DNA of 64,000 nucleotides from an uncultured Solirubrobacterales bacterium (GTDB taxonomy: Bacteria; Actinomycetota; Thermoleophilia; Solirubrobacterales; JACPNS01). Made by a program: the position numbers and the translations under genes. The stretch's first letter is position 1; every line of letters starts with the position of its first letter. This document shows positions 38,017 to 46,254 of this stretch, one piece after another. The notes beneath the pieces were generated by a model that was given only the letters and a program-made list of their open reading frames with translations, was not told the origin of the DNA and made no database searches. The stretch is from positions 28,511 through 92,510 of the forward strand of contig CAKZMQ010000022.1 in assembly GCA_937128795.1 (NCBI GenBank), read 5' to 3'.

Positions 38017-38239
38017 CGTCTCTCCAATCCATTTTCTTATTTGGGCGAGCGTTACCGCTGCGCCGTGAGGTGTGTTTTGTGCCGCCGGTTGCCATCCACG
38101 ACTCAATATCTGAGCGGTTGAATCGGGTCAGGCTGCCAACGAGGAAGTGCGGGATACCGTCCTCAGCATGCGGGGACGTCAGGCGATCAATCGTTGAGCG
38201 TGAGACACGCAAAAGGTCAGCTACTTCACTGACGGTCAT
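38009..38239 (-). CDS. xis: excisionase-family helix-turn-helix protein
   Basis: MTVSEVADLLRVSRSTIDRL...RFNRSDIESW is a MerR-like excisionase HTH. It lies directly upstream of int. A start at 38263 is an alternative. Confidence 0.7.
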   Translation of the reverse strand: MTVSEVADLLRVSRSTIDRLTSPHAEDGIPHFLVGSLTRFNRSDIESWMATGGTKHTSRRSGNARPNKKMDWRDDV

Positions 38240-38472
38240 GACGGTTTGAATTGCCTGTTCCACTTAAGGAACATAGGTCGTCTGGAGCGAGGAACCGGAC
38301 GAGAATGCAAATTTTCCGCAAGTCTCGTCTTCCGCGAATCTAGGGCAGTTTTTCCACGGCAAAACAGGCCCGCGAGATCTAACGAAATCTCACTATGCCT
38401 GACGAATCGTGACTGTTTGTGCGTCAAATACCCCATACGTATGCGGTATCGCGACACTACGCCTAGAGCTGA

Positions 38473-38523
38473 GTCGGGCTCATAACCCGAAGGTCGCAGG
38501 TTCGAATCCTGCCCCCGCTATAC
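38473..38523. repeat. att core copy 2 (attR of element 1 and attL of the older remnant)
   Basis: Identical 51-nt copy of the tRNA 3' part, lacking the tRNA 5' half. Confidence 0.85.
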
Positions 38524-38526
38524 GTG

Positions 38527-38558
38527 GAAACGCCCTCGCGAGAGGGCGTTTCTTGTTT
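38527..38558. terminator. intrinsic terminator following att copy 2
   Basis: 11-bp stem gaaacgccctc/gagggcgtttc, loop gcga, then ttgtttcc. It may also terminate the convergent ADH gene. Confidence 0.6.
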
Positions 38559-38646
38559 CCACGTGTTGTCGTGATTTACACGCATCAGCCATTGTTGCCG
38601 TCAAACCGATGCCATTCGGGCGCAACGGAGCTACGTGCTCACGCCG

Positions 38647-39657
38647 TCATCGCTCCAGCACGACCCGGTAGCGCGGAGTGCCCGAACGGAGGCGCTCGAT
38701 GGCTTCGTTGATCTGATCGAAGCCGAACGTTTCGCAGACAGGCGCGATGTCGTGGCGCGCCGCGAAGTCGAGCATCGTGAGTGCCGTGGTCGGGCTTCCC
38801 GAGGGCGAGCTCGAGACCGACCGATTCGCCATCATCAGCTGTGTGTTGACGATCTCTAGGGGTGCGGGCACCGCTCCGAGTACGTGCATGCGGCCCTGGC
38901 GGCTCACCGTACCGAGATAGGCGTTCCAGTCGAGCGGGGCGTTCACCGTCGACAGCAAGAGGTCGAATGACTCGCTGAGCGCGGCGAGCGCCTCGCTGTC
39001 ACGTGAATCGCGCACATGGTGGGCACCCATGCCCCGGGCGTCGTCGCCCTTCGACTCTGTTGAGGTGAAGACCGTGACCTCGCAACCCCACGCGCGCGCG
39101 AGCTTGACCGCCATGTGTCCCAGTCCTCCCAGGCCGATAACTCCGACGCGGTCAGTCGGCGAGACGCCGTACTGCAAGAACGGGGTGAACACCGTGACTC
39201 CGCCGCACATCAGCGGGCCCGCGGTCCGCAGGTCTACGCCGTCGGGGATCGGGAGCACTGCGGCCGCGTCGGCGCGCACGACGTCCGCGTACCCACCGGG
39301 GCGGCCGATGAACGTGCTCTTCGCATCGGGGCAGAGGTTCTGGTTGCCGCCGACGCACTGGCGGCACGCCCCGCAGTAGGCGGCGTTCCAGCCCAGCCCG
39401 ACCGCGTCGCCCACCGCGACGCTCGTCACGCCCGGTCCAACGGCGCGGATGCGGCCGATGATCTCGTGTCCGGGGGTAATCGGGTACGGCGTGAACCCCC
39501 AGTCGTTATCGATCATGCTGACGTCGCTGTAACAAATTCCGCACGACTCGACGTCGATGTCGACCTCGCCGTGGTCCAGCTGAGGCAGTTCGAACTGGTA
39601 GGGCTGGAGCTGTCCGCCGGGGGCATCTGCTCGGTAGGCGTTGACGGTCACGGGCAT
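38647..39657 (-). CDS. zinc-dependent NAD(P) alcohol dehydrogenase (cinnamyl-alcohol/YahK-like)
   Basis: Catalytic zinc motif CGICYSD...GHEIIGRI, structural zinc CGACRQCVGGNQNLC, Rossmann VIGLGGLGHMAV. Confidence 0.85.
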   Translation of the reverse strand: MPVTVNAYRADAPGGQLQPYQFELPQLDHGEVDIDVESCGICYSDVSMIDNDWGFTPYPITPGHEIIGRIRAVGPGVTSVAVGDAVGLGWNAAYCGACRQCVGGNQNLCPDAKSTFIGRPGGYADVVRADAAAVLPIPDGVDLRTAGPLMCGGVTVFTPFLQYGVSPTDRVGVIGLGGLGHMAVKLARAWGCEVTVFTSTESKGDDARGMGAHHVRDSRDSEALAALSESFDLLLSTVNAPLDWNAYLGTVSRQGRMHVLGAVPAPLEIVNTQLMMANRSVSSSPSGSPTTALTMLDFAARHDIAPVCETFGFDQINEAIERLRSGTPRYRVVLER

Positions 39658-39840
39658 GGCTGTTCCTCCTGAGTGGTTCCTGAGGTCAAGAGCCTGTCAA
39701 GTGGTTCGAGCGGCGTCGTGCACGATCGTCCGAAGTGGTTGCCTGATCCTCCACGATTGCCGTAGTGGCGCCCCAAGAAGGCCTCATTAGGTAGGGGTCA
39801 CGGCGACTCGTGCTGCCTGATCCTGCATACTTACGGTCTC

Positions 39841-40773
39841 ATGTCGGTCCAGTCCATATCCGCACACCCCACCCGCGAGTCGGCGTTGCTGGACCTCGCG
39901 GACCTTGTCGGCGAAAGGCTGGGCGGCGAGGTCGGAGAGCCCCTCCTGAGGCGGCCCTATGACGGACTCCTGCTCCTTTCGCATCGCCAGAGATCCGCTC
40001 GCGTCCCGCAGGTCTACGACCCCGTCGTGTGTTTGGTGGTGCAAGGCGCGAAAGAAGTCGTCGCCGCAGATCGGGTGCACCCGATCACCGCCGGGCAGTT
40101 CCTCGTGGTCACCCACGAAATGCCGGTCGCCTCGCGGATAACCGCAGCCTCCCACGGGGAGCCGTACCTCGCGGTGGTGCTGTCGATCGACACCCAGACC
40201 TTGGTGGAGTTGCAGATGCGGATCGGCGCCACCGGAGCGATGGCGCCGGCGGGCGGTGACGGCTACGCGATGAGCGTCGGTGATGCCGACATCGATCTGG
40301 TCGACGCCTTCACTCGCTGCCTGCGAGCGACCGGCGAGCGCGACGACACCGATGTGTTGCTCCCGCTGGTCTTCCGCGAGATTCACTACCGGCTTCTGAC
40401 GTCGCCCCATGCTGACACGCTCCGGCGTCTCAGCCTTGGAGATACGGCTGCGCAGAGCGTGTCAAAGGCGATTGCACTGATCCGGCGTGATCTCACGGCG
40501 CAGATTCGCATCGGCCTGCTCGCAAAACACGTCGGTCTCAGCACTTCCGCGCTGCACCATCACTTCAAGACCGTGACCGGAACCACGCCGATCCAGTGCC
40601 AGAAGCAGCTCCGACTCCTCGAAGCGCGACGTCGCCTGCAATCGACCGGCCAGTCGGTCTCCGAGGCCTCCTACGCCGTCGGCTACGCGAGCCCCTCGCA
40701 GTTCAGCCGCGAGTACCGTCGTGCATTCGGCTGGCCGCCCTCCCAGGACGTGGGCACCCTCCTCGATAGCTAG
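39841..40773 (+). CDS. AraC-family transcriptional regulator (N-terminal AraC_N/cupin-like domain)
   Basis: C-terminal double HTH: LAKHVGLSTSALHHHFKTVTGTTPIQCQKQLRLLEARRRL...VSEASYAVGYASPSQFSREYRRAFG. Confidence 0.85.
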   Translation: MSVQSISAHPTRESALLDLADLVGERLGGEVGEPLLRRPYDGLLLLSHRQRSARVPQVYDPVVCLVVQGAKEVVAADRVHPITAGQFLVVTHEMPVASRITAASHGEPYLAVVLSIDTQTLVELQMRIGATGAMAPAGGDGYAMSVGDADIDLVDAFTRCLRATGERDDTDVLLPLVFREIHYRLLTSPHADTLRRLSLGDTAAQSVSKAIALIRRDLTAQIRIGLLAKHVGLSTSALHHHFKTVTGTTPIQCQKQLRLLEARRRLQSTGQSVSEASYAVGYASPSQFSREYRRAFGWPPSQDVGTLLDS

Positions 40774-40832
40774 AGCATTCACAGGTGTCGGGGCGTGCGG
40801 CGATCTCATCGCAGACCACTCAGGCCGCCATG

Positions 40833-40870
40833 AACCCGAAGGTCGCAGGTTCGAATCCTGCCCCCGCTAT
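40833..40870. repeat. att core copy 3 (displaced ancestral tRNA 3' end)
   Basis: aacccgaaggtcgcaggttcgaatcctgcccccgctat is identical to tRNA positions 37-74. It is followed by its own hairpin. Confidence 0.8.
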
Positions 40871-40878
40871 TTCGAGAG

Positions 40879-40908
40879 GCCCGGCGATCGCTGGGCTTGT
40901 TCATTCTC
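40879..40908 (+). terminator. probable ancestral tRNA terminator
   Basis: Stem gcccggc/gctgggc (one G-U pair), loop gatc, then the T-rich ttgttcattctc. Confidence 0.4.
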
Positions 40909-40975
40909 AAAGAGCGAATTCCAAACACTCGACGGATCAAGCGCTGCGCCGCCCTGCAGTGCAATCGTCAGCGCG

Positions 40976-41539
40976 CTAGCTGAACGACAGCGAGTTCAAC
41001 ACCTGTTCGCAGCCCGCGTCCAGTGCGGCACGGTTTGCGGGAGACGACTGGCAGTTGACCAGAAACTCGTTCTTGCCTTGGAACAAGAACGTCAATGTCG
41101 TCAGAAGCTCGACGCCGTTTCCGCCCGGGTACTCAACGACGTATTGGTAACCCGGAATTCCGCCAAAGCTCACTTCTATTGAATCGCTTGAGCTGCCATT
41201 TGACTGGCGCGTGAGACGACGGACAATCCTGTCGATCTCTTCCTGATTGGCGTTGAACCCGTCGGGCAGCTCTTTGTCGAGTTCGTACTGCGCAACTGTG
41301 ATCTCATCGTCGGGCTCCTTCAACGTCACGCCCACCGACCGCACCGCGTCGTCCGAGCCGAATACAAAGGCAGGATTCCTCGTCACCTTCCAGCCGTCGG
41401 GATAGTCGAAACTGAACGGATACGTTGGTGTGTCGAACTTGGCCGTAGAGGTTTTATCCCCTCCGCAACCAGAGACCGTCAGGACCACTAGAAGCAGAAC
41501 TGAAACGACGGCGGAGATGTAGAAACGATTTCGGATCAC
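40976..41539 (-). CDS. lipoprotein of unknown function
   Basis: Signal peptide with lipobox LTVSGC. The mature part is about 160 aa and beta-rich. Confidence 0.65.
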   Translation of the reverse strand: MIRNRFYISAVVSVLLLVVLTVSGCGGDKTSTAKFDTPTYPFSFDYPDGWKVTRNPAFVFGSDDAVRSVGVTLKEPDDEITVAQYELDKELPDGFNANQEEIDRIVRRLTRQSNGSSSDSIEVSFGGIPGYQYVVEYPGGNGVELLTTLTFLFQGKNEFLVNCQSSPANRAALDAGCEQVLNSLSFS

Positions 41540-41824
41540 GGGTATCGGGCGGTCTTGATTTATTCAATATCGATTGGCCGACGAACAGACGGCGGCTGAT
41601 TCGGGCCCTGAAGCAATTGAATGCACTGCCGGAGCCCTTACCTATTTCGGTAGATCAAAAACGTTTCCTGCGTGACTGGCACGGCTCCCACCGGCAAGGA
41701 TTGCGCTCGGCGACCTAAAACGACTAGAGCGGCGAAAAACCTTCTTAATGGTAACCCTAATGAGGTATACAAAGATGCCCATTAGTGTGGATTGTCCAGA
41801 ATACGGCTTTCTTCTAGGTTTAAC

Positions 41825-41853
41825 TTGACACCTGAGGGCAGATGCCGATTATA
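41825..41853 (+). promoter_or_regulatory. sigma-70/SigA-type promoter upstream of the collagen-like gene
   Basis: TTGACA (41825-41830), a 17-nt spacer, then ATTATA (41848-41853), in an AT-richer tract 60 nt upstream of the GTG start. Confidence 0.5.
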
Positions 41854-41912
41854 AGTGTGCGCCTGCACGTTCGCGGTCAGGTTGCTCGATCCGTTTTACG
41901 GAGCCTTAGTTC

Positions 41913-43682
41913 GTGCTGATTTCTCGACGAAACGACAACCACGCCGGATGGAACGTCACGGCAATCATGGGAGTAGCGATAACGCTGCTCTCGGCGATCG
42001 CGCTGCTATTTGCGAACGCGCAACCTGCGAAAGCGTGGTACGTGGGTGTCCCGAGCAAGTCTTGTGCCTACTACAGCATGATGATTGGTCGACAGACTCT
42101 CTATCTAAATCGAAATCAGTACCGGCTCAACCGCACGCGCTCTGCCTCGAAACGACGCGCGCTGCAACGCAAACAGAAGCGAATGGAAGATCGTCGGCAC
42201 GAGTTTTTGAAGTCGTACAACTCGAAATGCGCGCCGTCGACCGCTGATGCGCTGCTTACGCAGCTTCGCACGAACCCGTCATCGGCAGCTACCTGGAATG
42301 AGATTTTTGTCGAAGTAGGCGCGCAAGGCGCGATGGGTCCCGCTGGTGCGGCCGGTGCTGACGGCGCAACGGGCGCGACAGGCGCGACTGGTGCAACCGG
42401 CGCTGCTGGAGCTGATGGTGCCGACGGCGCGACAGGTGCAACCGGCGCTGCTGGCGCAGATGGTGCCGACGGTGCGACGGGAGCAACTGGTGCGACGGGC
42501 GCGACCGGGGCAACCGGCGCCGTAGGCGCGCAGGGCGCGATGGGCCCGACTGGTGCGACTGGTGCCGATGGCGCGACTGGGGCAACCGGCGCTGCAGGCG
42601 CAGATGGTTCTGACGGAGCGACGGGTGCAACCGGTGCGACAGGTGCCAATGGAACTGACGGCGCCGATGGGGCGACCGGGGCAACGGGTGCGACCGGCGC
42701 CGTAGGCGCGCAAGGTGCGATGGGTCCGACCGGAGCTGCTGGAGCTGATGGTGCTGACGGAGCGACGGGGGCAACCGGCGCTGCTGGCGCAGATGGTGCC
42801 GATGGTGCGACTGGGGCAACGGGTGCGACCGGCGCCGTAGGCGCGCAGGGTGCGATGGGTCCGACCGGTGCGGCCGGTGCGGCCGGTGCCGACGGTGCGA
42901 CTGGTGCAACGGGCGCCGCGGGCGCAGATGGTGCCGACGGCGCAACTGGGGCGACGGGTGCAACGGGCGCCAATGGAACTGATGGAGCTGATGGCGCGAC
43001 TGGGGCGACTGGGGCAACGGGTGCGACTGGCGCCGTAGGCGCGCAGGGCGCGATGGGCCCGACTGGCGCAGCTGGAGCGGTAGGTGCGACTGGAGCTGTC
43101 GGCGCCGCGGGCGCGATGGGCGCTACAGGCGCGACTGGTGCGACGGGTGCGACGGGTGCTACCGGTGCGACTGGAGCTGTCGGCGCGCAAGGCTCGATGG
43201 GCTCGACCGGTGCGACTGGAGCAACGGGTGCCACCGGACCTCAAGGCCCCGCAGGCTCGCAGGGGCCGGCTGGTGCGACCGGCCCGACAGGTCCGCTCAG
43301 CACGCTTGGCTACTTCGGCAGCGAGACAGAACGGTCTACCTCCAGCGGGTCCCTGACCAACTTGACCGGGGTCTCATTTACGTACACGGTGCCAGTCGGC
43401 GCGAACCGCATCATCGTCAACTGGACGTTCGAATGCCGGACGTACCAACTGTTCGGAAACCCACAAGCGAAAGCACGTATCACCGTCGACGGAAGTGCCG
43501 CCAGCGGCGACTCCGGCGACTACGTGGCTTGCCAAAACTCAGATCCCGGAACCGGAGCACTGACCCGGGCATTCGATGTGACCAGTGGGAGCACTGTGAC
43601 GATTCGCGGTCAGGGAAGCACCTCGGGCGGCACCGCCTACTACGACGACAACTTCATGACGGTCGTGCCGGGTACGCAGTAG
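41913..43682 (+). CDS. secreted collagen-like triple-helix repeat protein with beta-rich C-terminal domain (BclA-like architecture)
   Basis: GTG start with GGAG 9 nt upstream and a signal-like N-terminus (...[11 protein letters not shown]). There are ~325 uninterrupted Gly-X-Y triplets ([18 protein letters not shown]), followed by a 130-aa non-repetitive C-terminal domain. Confidence 0.8.
   Translation: MLISRRNDNHAGWNVTAIMGVAITLLSAIALLFANAQPAKAWYVGVPSKSCAYYSMMIGRQTLYLNRNQYRLNRTRSASKRRALQRKQKRMEDRRHEFLKSYNSKCAPSTADALLTQLRTNPSSAATWNEIFVEVGAQGAMGPAGAAGADGATGATGATGATGAAGADGADGATGATGAAGADGADGATGATGATGATGATGAVGAQGAMGPTGATGADGATGATGAAGADGSDGATGATGATGANGTDGADGATGATGATGAVGAQGAMGPTGAAGADGADGATGATGAAGADGADGATGATGATGAVGAQGAMGPTGAAGAAGADGATGATGAAGADGADGATGATGATGANGTDGADGATGATGATGATGAVGAQGAMGPTGAAGAVGATGAVGAAGAMGATGATGATGATGATGATGAVGAQGSMGSTGATGATGATGPQGPAGSQGPAGATGPTGPLSTLGYFGSETERSTSSGSLTNLTGVSFTYTVPVGANRIIVNWTFECRTYQLFGNPQAKARITVDGSAASGDSGDYVACQNSDPGTGALTRAFDVTSGSTVTIRGQGSTSGGTAYYDDNFMTVVPGTQ
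42316..43296. repeat. Gly-X-Y triplet array with higher-order repeats
   Basis: The landmark g(t/c)(a/c)ggcgcgca(a/g)gg(c/t)(g/t)cgatggg (GA(V)GAQGAMGP) recurs at 42315, 42522, 42702, 42837, 43035 and 43179. The spacings are 207, 180, 135, 198 and 144 bp. Confidence 0.85.
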
Positions 43683-43924
43683 GCGACGAGCTGGATCTCC
43701 GAGGCCCGCTAGTGCAGGCTCGGTCATGATCGCGAGAGCGGTCGCTACGCCGTCGCGAAACGCCCGCACCGGAGATAGCCGCGAACGTGTGACTTTGCGC
43801 TCGCATGCAGGCATTGTTCGCCCTGCAACCGAGACTTGATTGGGCTAGTCGTCTAAAAATCCGACCCCTGCGACTGGACCGATGGCGCCGCGTTTCGGCG
43901 TGGTCGACTTCGACTCACGCCGAT

Positions 43925-44920
43925 TCAGTTGCCGACCTCTCCGATGGTCTTTCGCTGGTCGGTGAACTGGACGAGTTCGATGACGGTTCCGTTCGGCACG
44001 GCCCCTTGCAGGGCTTCGAGCAGGCCGCTCGTATCGGCTGGCTCTTCACCGGCGACATGCACCTCGAGGTTCGAGCCGCTGTACTTGGCGTCCGCAACCT
44101 TCAAGCCCTGCGGTTCGGCCCACGCGCGCGCGGCAGACTCGGCGTTGGCGCTTCGCGTAAGCAGAAGTGTCGTGCGCACGGTCACCACCGAGAGCATGAT
44201 CAAGACCAGCACCAAGCCCGTTCCGATCGCGATGCGGGCCCTTCGAATCGACTTCGTGTCCGCGGTTTCTTTCTCCGGGCGCATGCCCATCCAAATGAAA
44301 ACCAGCGCAGTGGTCAAGATGATCGCGAGAACGTTCGCCGCGAAGAGCATCAGCGCGCCGAACGAGTCTCCCCAATGCCCAGCGACCGCCGTAACCCCGA
44401 CGACGGCCAGCGGTGGCACCAGCGAAATCGCGATCGCCACGCCAGGAAGAATGTCGGAGATATCGCGTCGCGCGATGCCCAGGGCTCCGGCGAAACCGGT
44501 CGCGATGGCCGCAAGAAGGTCGACGAGATTCGGTGAGACTCGGCTGTTGATCTGGGAATTCGTCGCGAACGGTACGACCTCGGGCATCACCACGTACGTC
44601 AGGGCGGCAACGCCGACCACCGCCGCCGCGCCTCCCAGAAGCAGTGCCGTCGCCTTTTGCAGTGCGACCGCCTGTGCGGAAACCGTGGCGTAGCCAATCG
44701 CCTGGATCGGAGTCGCCAACGGCGCGATGATCATCGCGCCAATCACTGTGGCGGTGGAATCGGTCAGTACGCCGGCGCTCGCAATCACCCCGGAGAGCAG
44801 CAACAGCAGCCAGAATCGCGAATGCTTGGCCGTGACATCGCCGACCGTGAAGTCGAGGTCGCCGCGGATTTCGTCTGGATCCTTCATCGGTCCGCGGAGG
44901 ACCGTCTGAGCAATACCCAT
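43925..44920 (-). CDS. DUF389-family membrane protein
   Basis: The repeated TM pattern with VIGAMIIAPLATPI and ISLVPPLAVVG is typical of DUF389/TIGR00341 proteins. Confidence 0.6.
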   Translation of the reverse strand: MGIAQTVLRGPMKDPDEIRGDLDFTVGDVTAKHSRFWLLLLLSGVIASAGVLTDSTATVIGAMIIAPLATPIQAIGYATVSAQAVALQKATALLLGGAAAVVGVAALTYVVMPEVVPFATNSQINSRVSPNLVDLLAAIATGFAGALGIARRDISDILPGVAIAISLVPPLAVVGVTAVAGHWGDSFGALMLFAANVLAIILTTALVFIWMGMRPEKETADTKSIRRARIAIGTGLVLVLIMLSVVTVRTTLLLTRSANAESAARAWAEPQGLKVADAKYSGSNLEVHVAGEEPADTSGLLEALQGAVPNGTVIELVQFTDQRKTIGEVGN

Positions 44921-44988
44921 GCGTAGTGTCTACCAACCCTCTCGGCGGCCGCTCCAGATCGGCCGCCGGCGCGTCTAGCCTTCGGGTC

Positions 44989-46233
44989 ATGCTTCTTTCA
45001 CCCAGACTTCGATCCGTTTCGGTACTGACGTTCCTCCTCGTCCTGCTCGTATTCTCCGGCTGCGGATCTTCTGAGAAATCAAACGCAACGGGCAACGAGA
45101 GTCCGATCTCCGGTGCCCCGCGAACGGTCAGTGAGAGCACATCGCTTGCACCGCTGATCGTCACTCCGCGCGAACCTGCCGTTCCATTCAAGGGATCCAA
45201 CGGTAAATACATCGCCTCGTACGAACTGCAGTTGCTCAATCCGACTCCGCTGACGATCACGCCGACGCGCGTGGTGATCTCCGCCCCCGATGGGAAAACG
45301 GTTGAGACGCTCAGCGGTAAGCAGGTCGCAGCGGCGATGGCCCTTCCCGGCAAACGCACGGGCGTCAGCGAGCTAACCGAGAGCCAGGTCGTGACGCTGT
45401 ACCTGTCGCCGGAGTTCGACGATATCGATGCCGTTCCCGACAAGCTTGAGCACGTCGTGACGGTCACCGCACCGCCACTCCCCGAGCAGGGCGTACCGAG
45501 CGAGCCAGTCGCAGTCGACGTCGAGAAGGACGTTTCGCCGCCGGTGCTCGGGCCGCCACTGGAAGCCGGGTCGGGATACCTGGCAGCAGACAGCTGCTGC
45601 GATTCGGACCGTCATCGCCGTGCGCTGCTGCCGATCGACAACAATCAATGGTTGGCTCAGCGATTCGCGGTCGACTGGGAGCAGCTCGACGCGAGCGGGC
45701 GAACGGTGCGCAAGGGCGCCGACGCGAGCAAGTCGGCCAACTACACGATCTATGGAAAGCAGGCGATCGCCGCGTCCGACGGCACAGTCGAATCCGTGGT
45801 CGACGGCCTTCCAGATCAGGAACCCGGTGCCCTGCCAGAGAGTTCTACGCTTCCCGAGGCCGACGGCAACAACGTCGTGATCGACCTCGGCGACGGTCTT
45901 TTCATGCTCTACGCCCACCTAAAGTCAGGCTCGCTGAAGGTCAAACAGGGCGACAAGGTCGAGCGCGGCGACCCGATCGGTCTGGTCGGCAACTCCGGGA
46001 ACACGTCGGCTCCGCATCTGCATTTTCACGTCATGGACGGTCCGTCCGCGCTTACTTCTGAGGGCGTGCCGTACGTGATCGACTCGTTCGAGATCGGCGG
46101 CGTGATTCCGTCCAACGAGATCTTCGAAAAGCTCGAGAACACGTCAAAGGTGATTCCGGTGGAGGCCTCCCCCTTTGACGGCGCACACACGGACGAGATG
46201 CCACTCAATCTCGACGTCGTCACGTTTGGATAA
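44989..46233 (+). CDS. M23-family metallopeptidase lipoprotein
   Basis: Lipobox LVFSGC. M23 motifs: ADGNNVVIDLGDG...YAHL and GNSGNTSAPHLHFHV. The start is set at the ATG at 44989. Confidence 0.8.
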   Translation: MLLSPRLRSVSVLTFLLVLLVFSGCGSSEKSNATGNESPISGAPRTVSESTSLAPLIVTPREPAVPFKGSNGKYIASYELQLLNPTPLTITPTRVVISAPDGKTVETLSGKQVAAAMALPGKRTGVSELTESQVVTLYLSPEFDDIDAVPDKLEHVVTVTAPPLPEQGVPSEPVAVDVEKDVSPPVLGPPLEAGSGYLAADSCCDSDRHRRALLPIDNNQWLAQRFAVDWEQLDASGRTVRKGADASKSANYTIYGKQAIAASDGTVESVVDGLPDQEPGALPESSTLPEADGNNVVIDLGDGLFMLYAHLKSGSLKVKQGDKVERGDPIGLVGNSGNTSAPHLHFHVMDGPSALTSEGVPYVIDSFEIGGVIPSNEIFEKLENTSKVIPVEASPFDGAHTDEMPLNLDVVTFG

Positions 46234-46254
46234 ATCGCGCAGGCGAACGAGAAC

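Larger units (their letters stand above)
38473..40870. mobile_element. integrase-less remnant of an earlier tRNA-fMet island (ADH + AraC cargo)
   Basis: Bounded by att copy 2 and a 38-bp third copy of the tRNA 3' end at 40833-40870. No recombinase lies inside. Confidence 0.5.

Noticed and set aside
42116-43244. Three long - strand ORFs (372, 321 and 242 aa; Ala/Pro-, Arg/Ser/Thr- or His/Arg/Gln-rich) over the collagen array, and a possible CRISPR-like periodicity
   Set aside because: They are by-products of the GGN-GCN-NNN triplet periodicity. Only the + strand frame has a start with an SD, a signal-like N-terminus and a non-repetitive C-terminal domain. No spacer structure is present.
44046-45467. 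473-aa - strand ORF spanning the DUF389 and M23 genes
   Set aside because: It crosses two well-supported genes on different strands and is Arg-rich filler.
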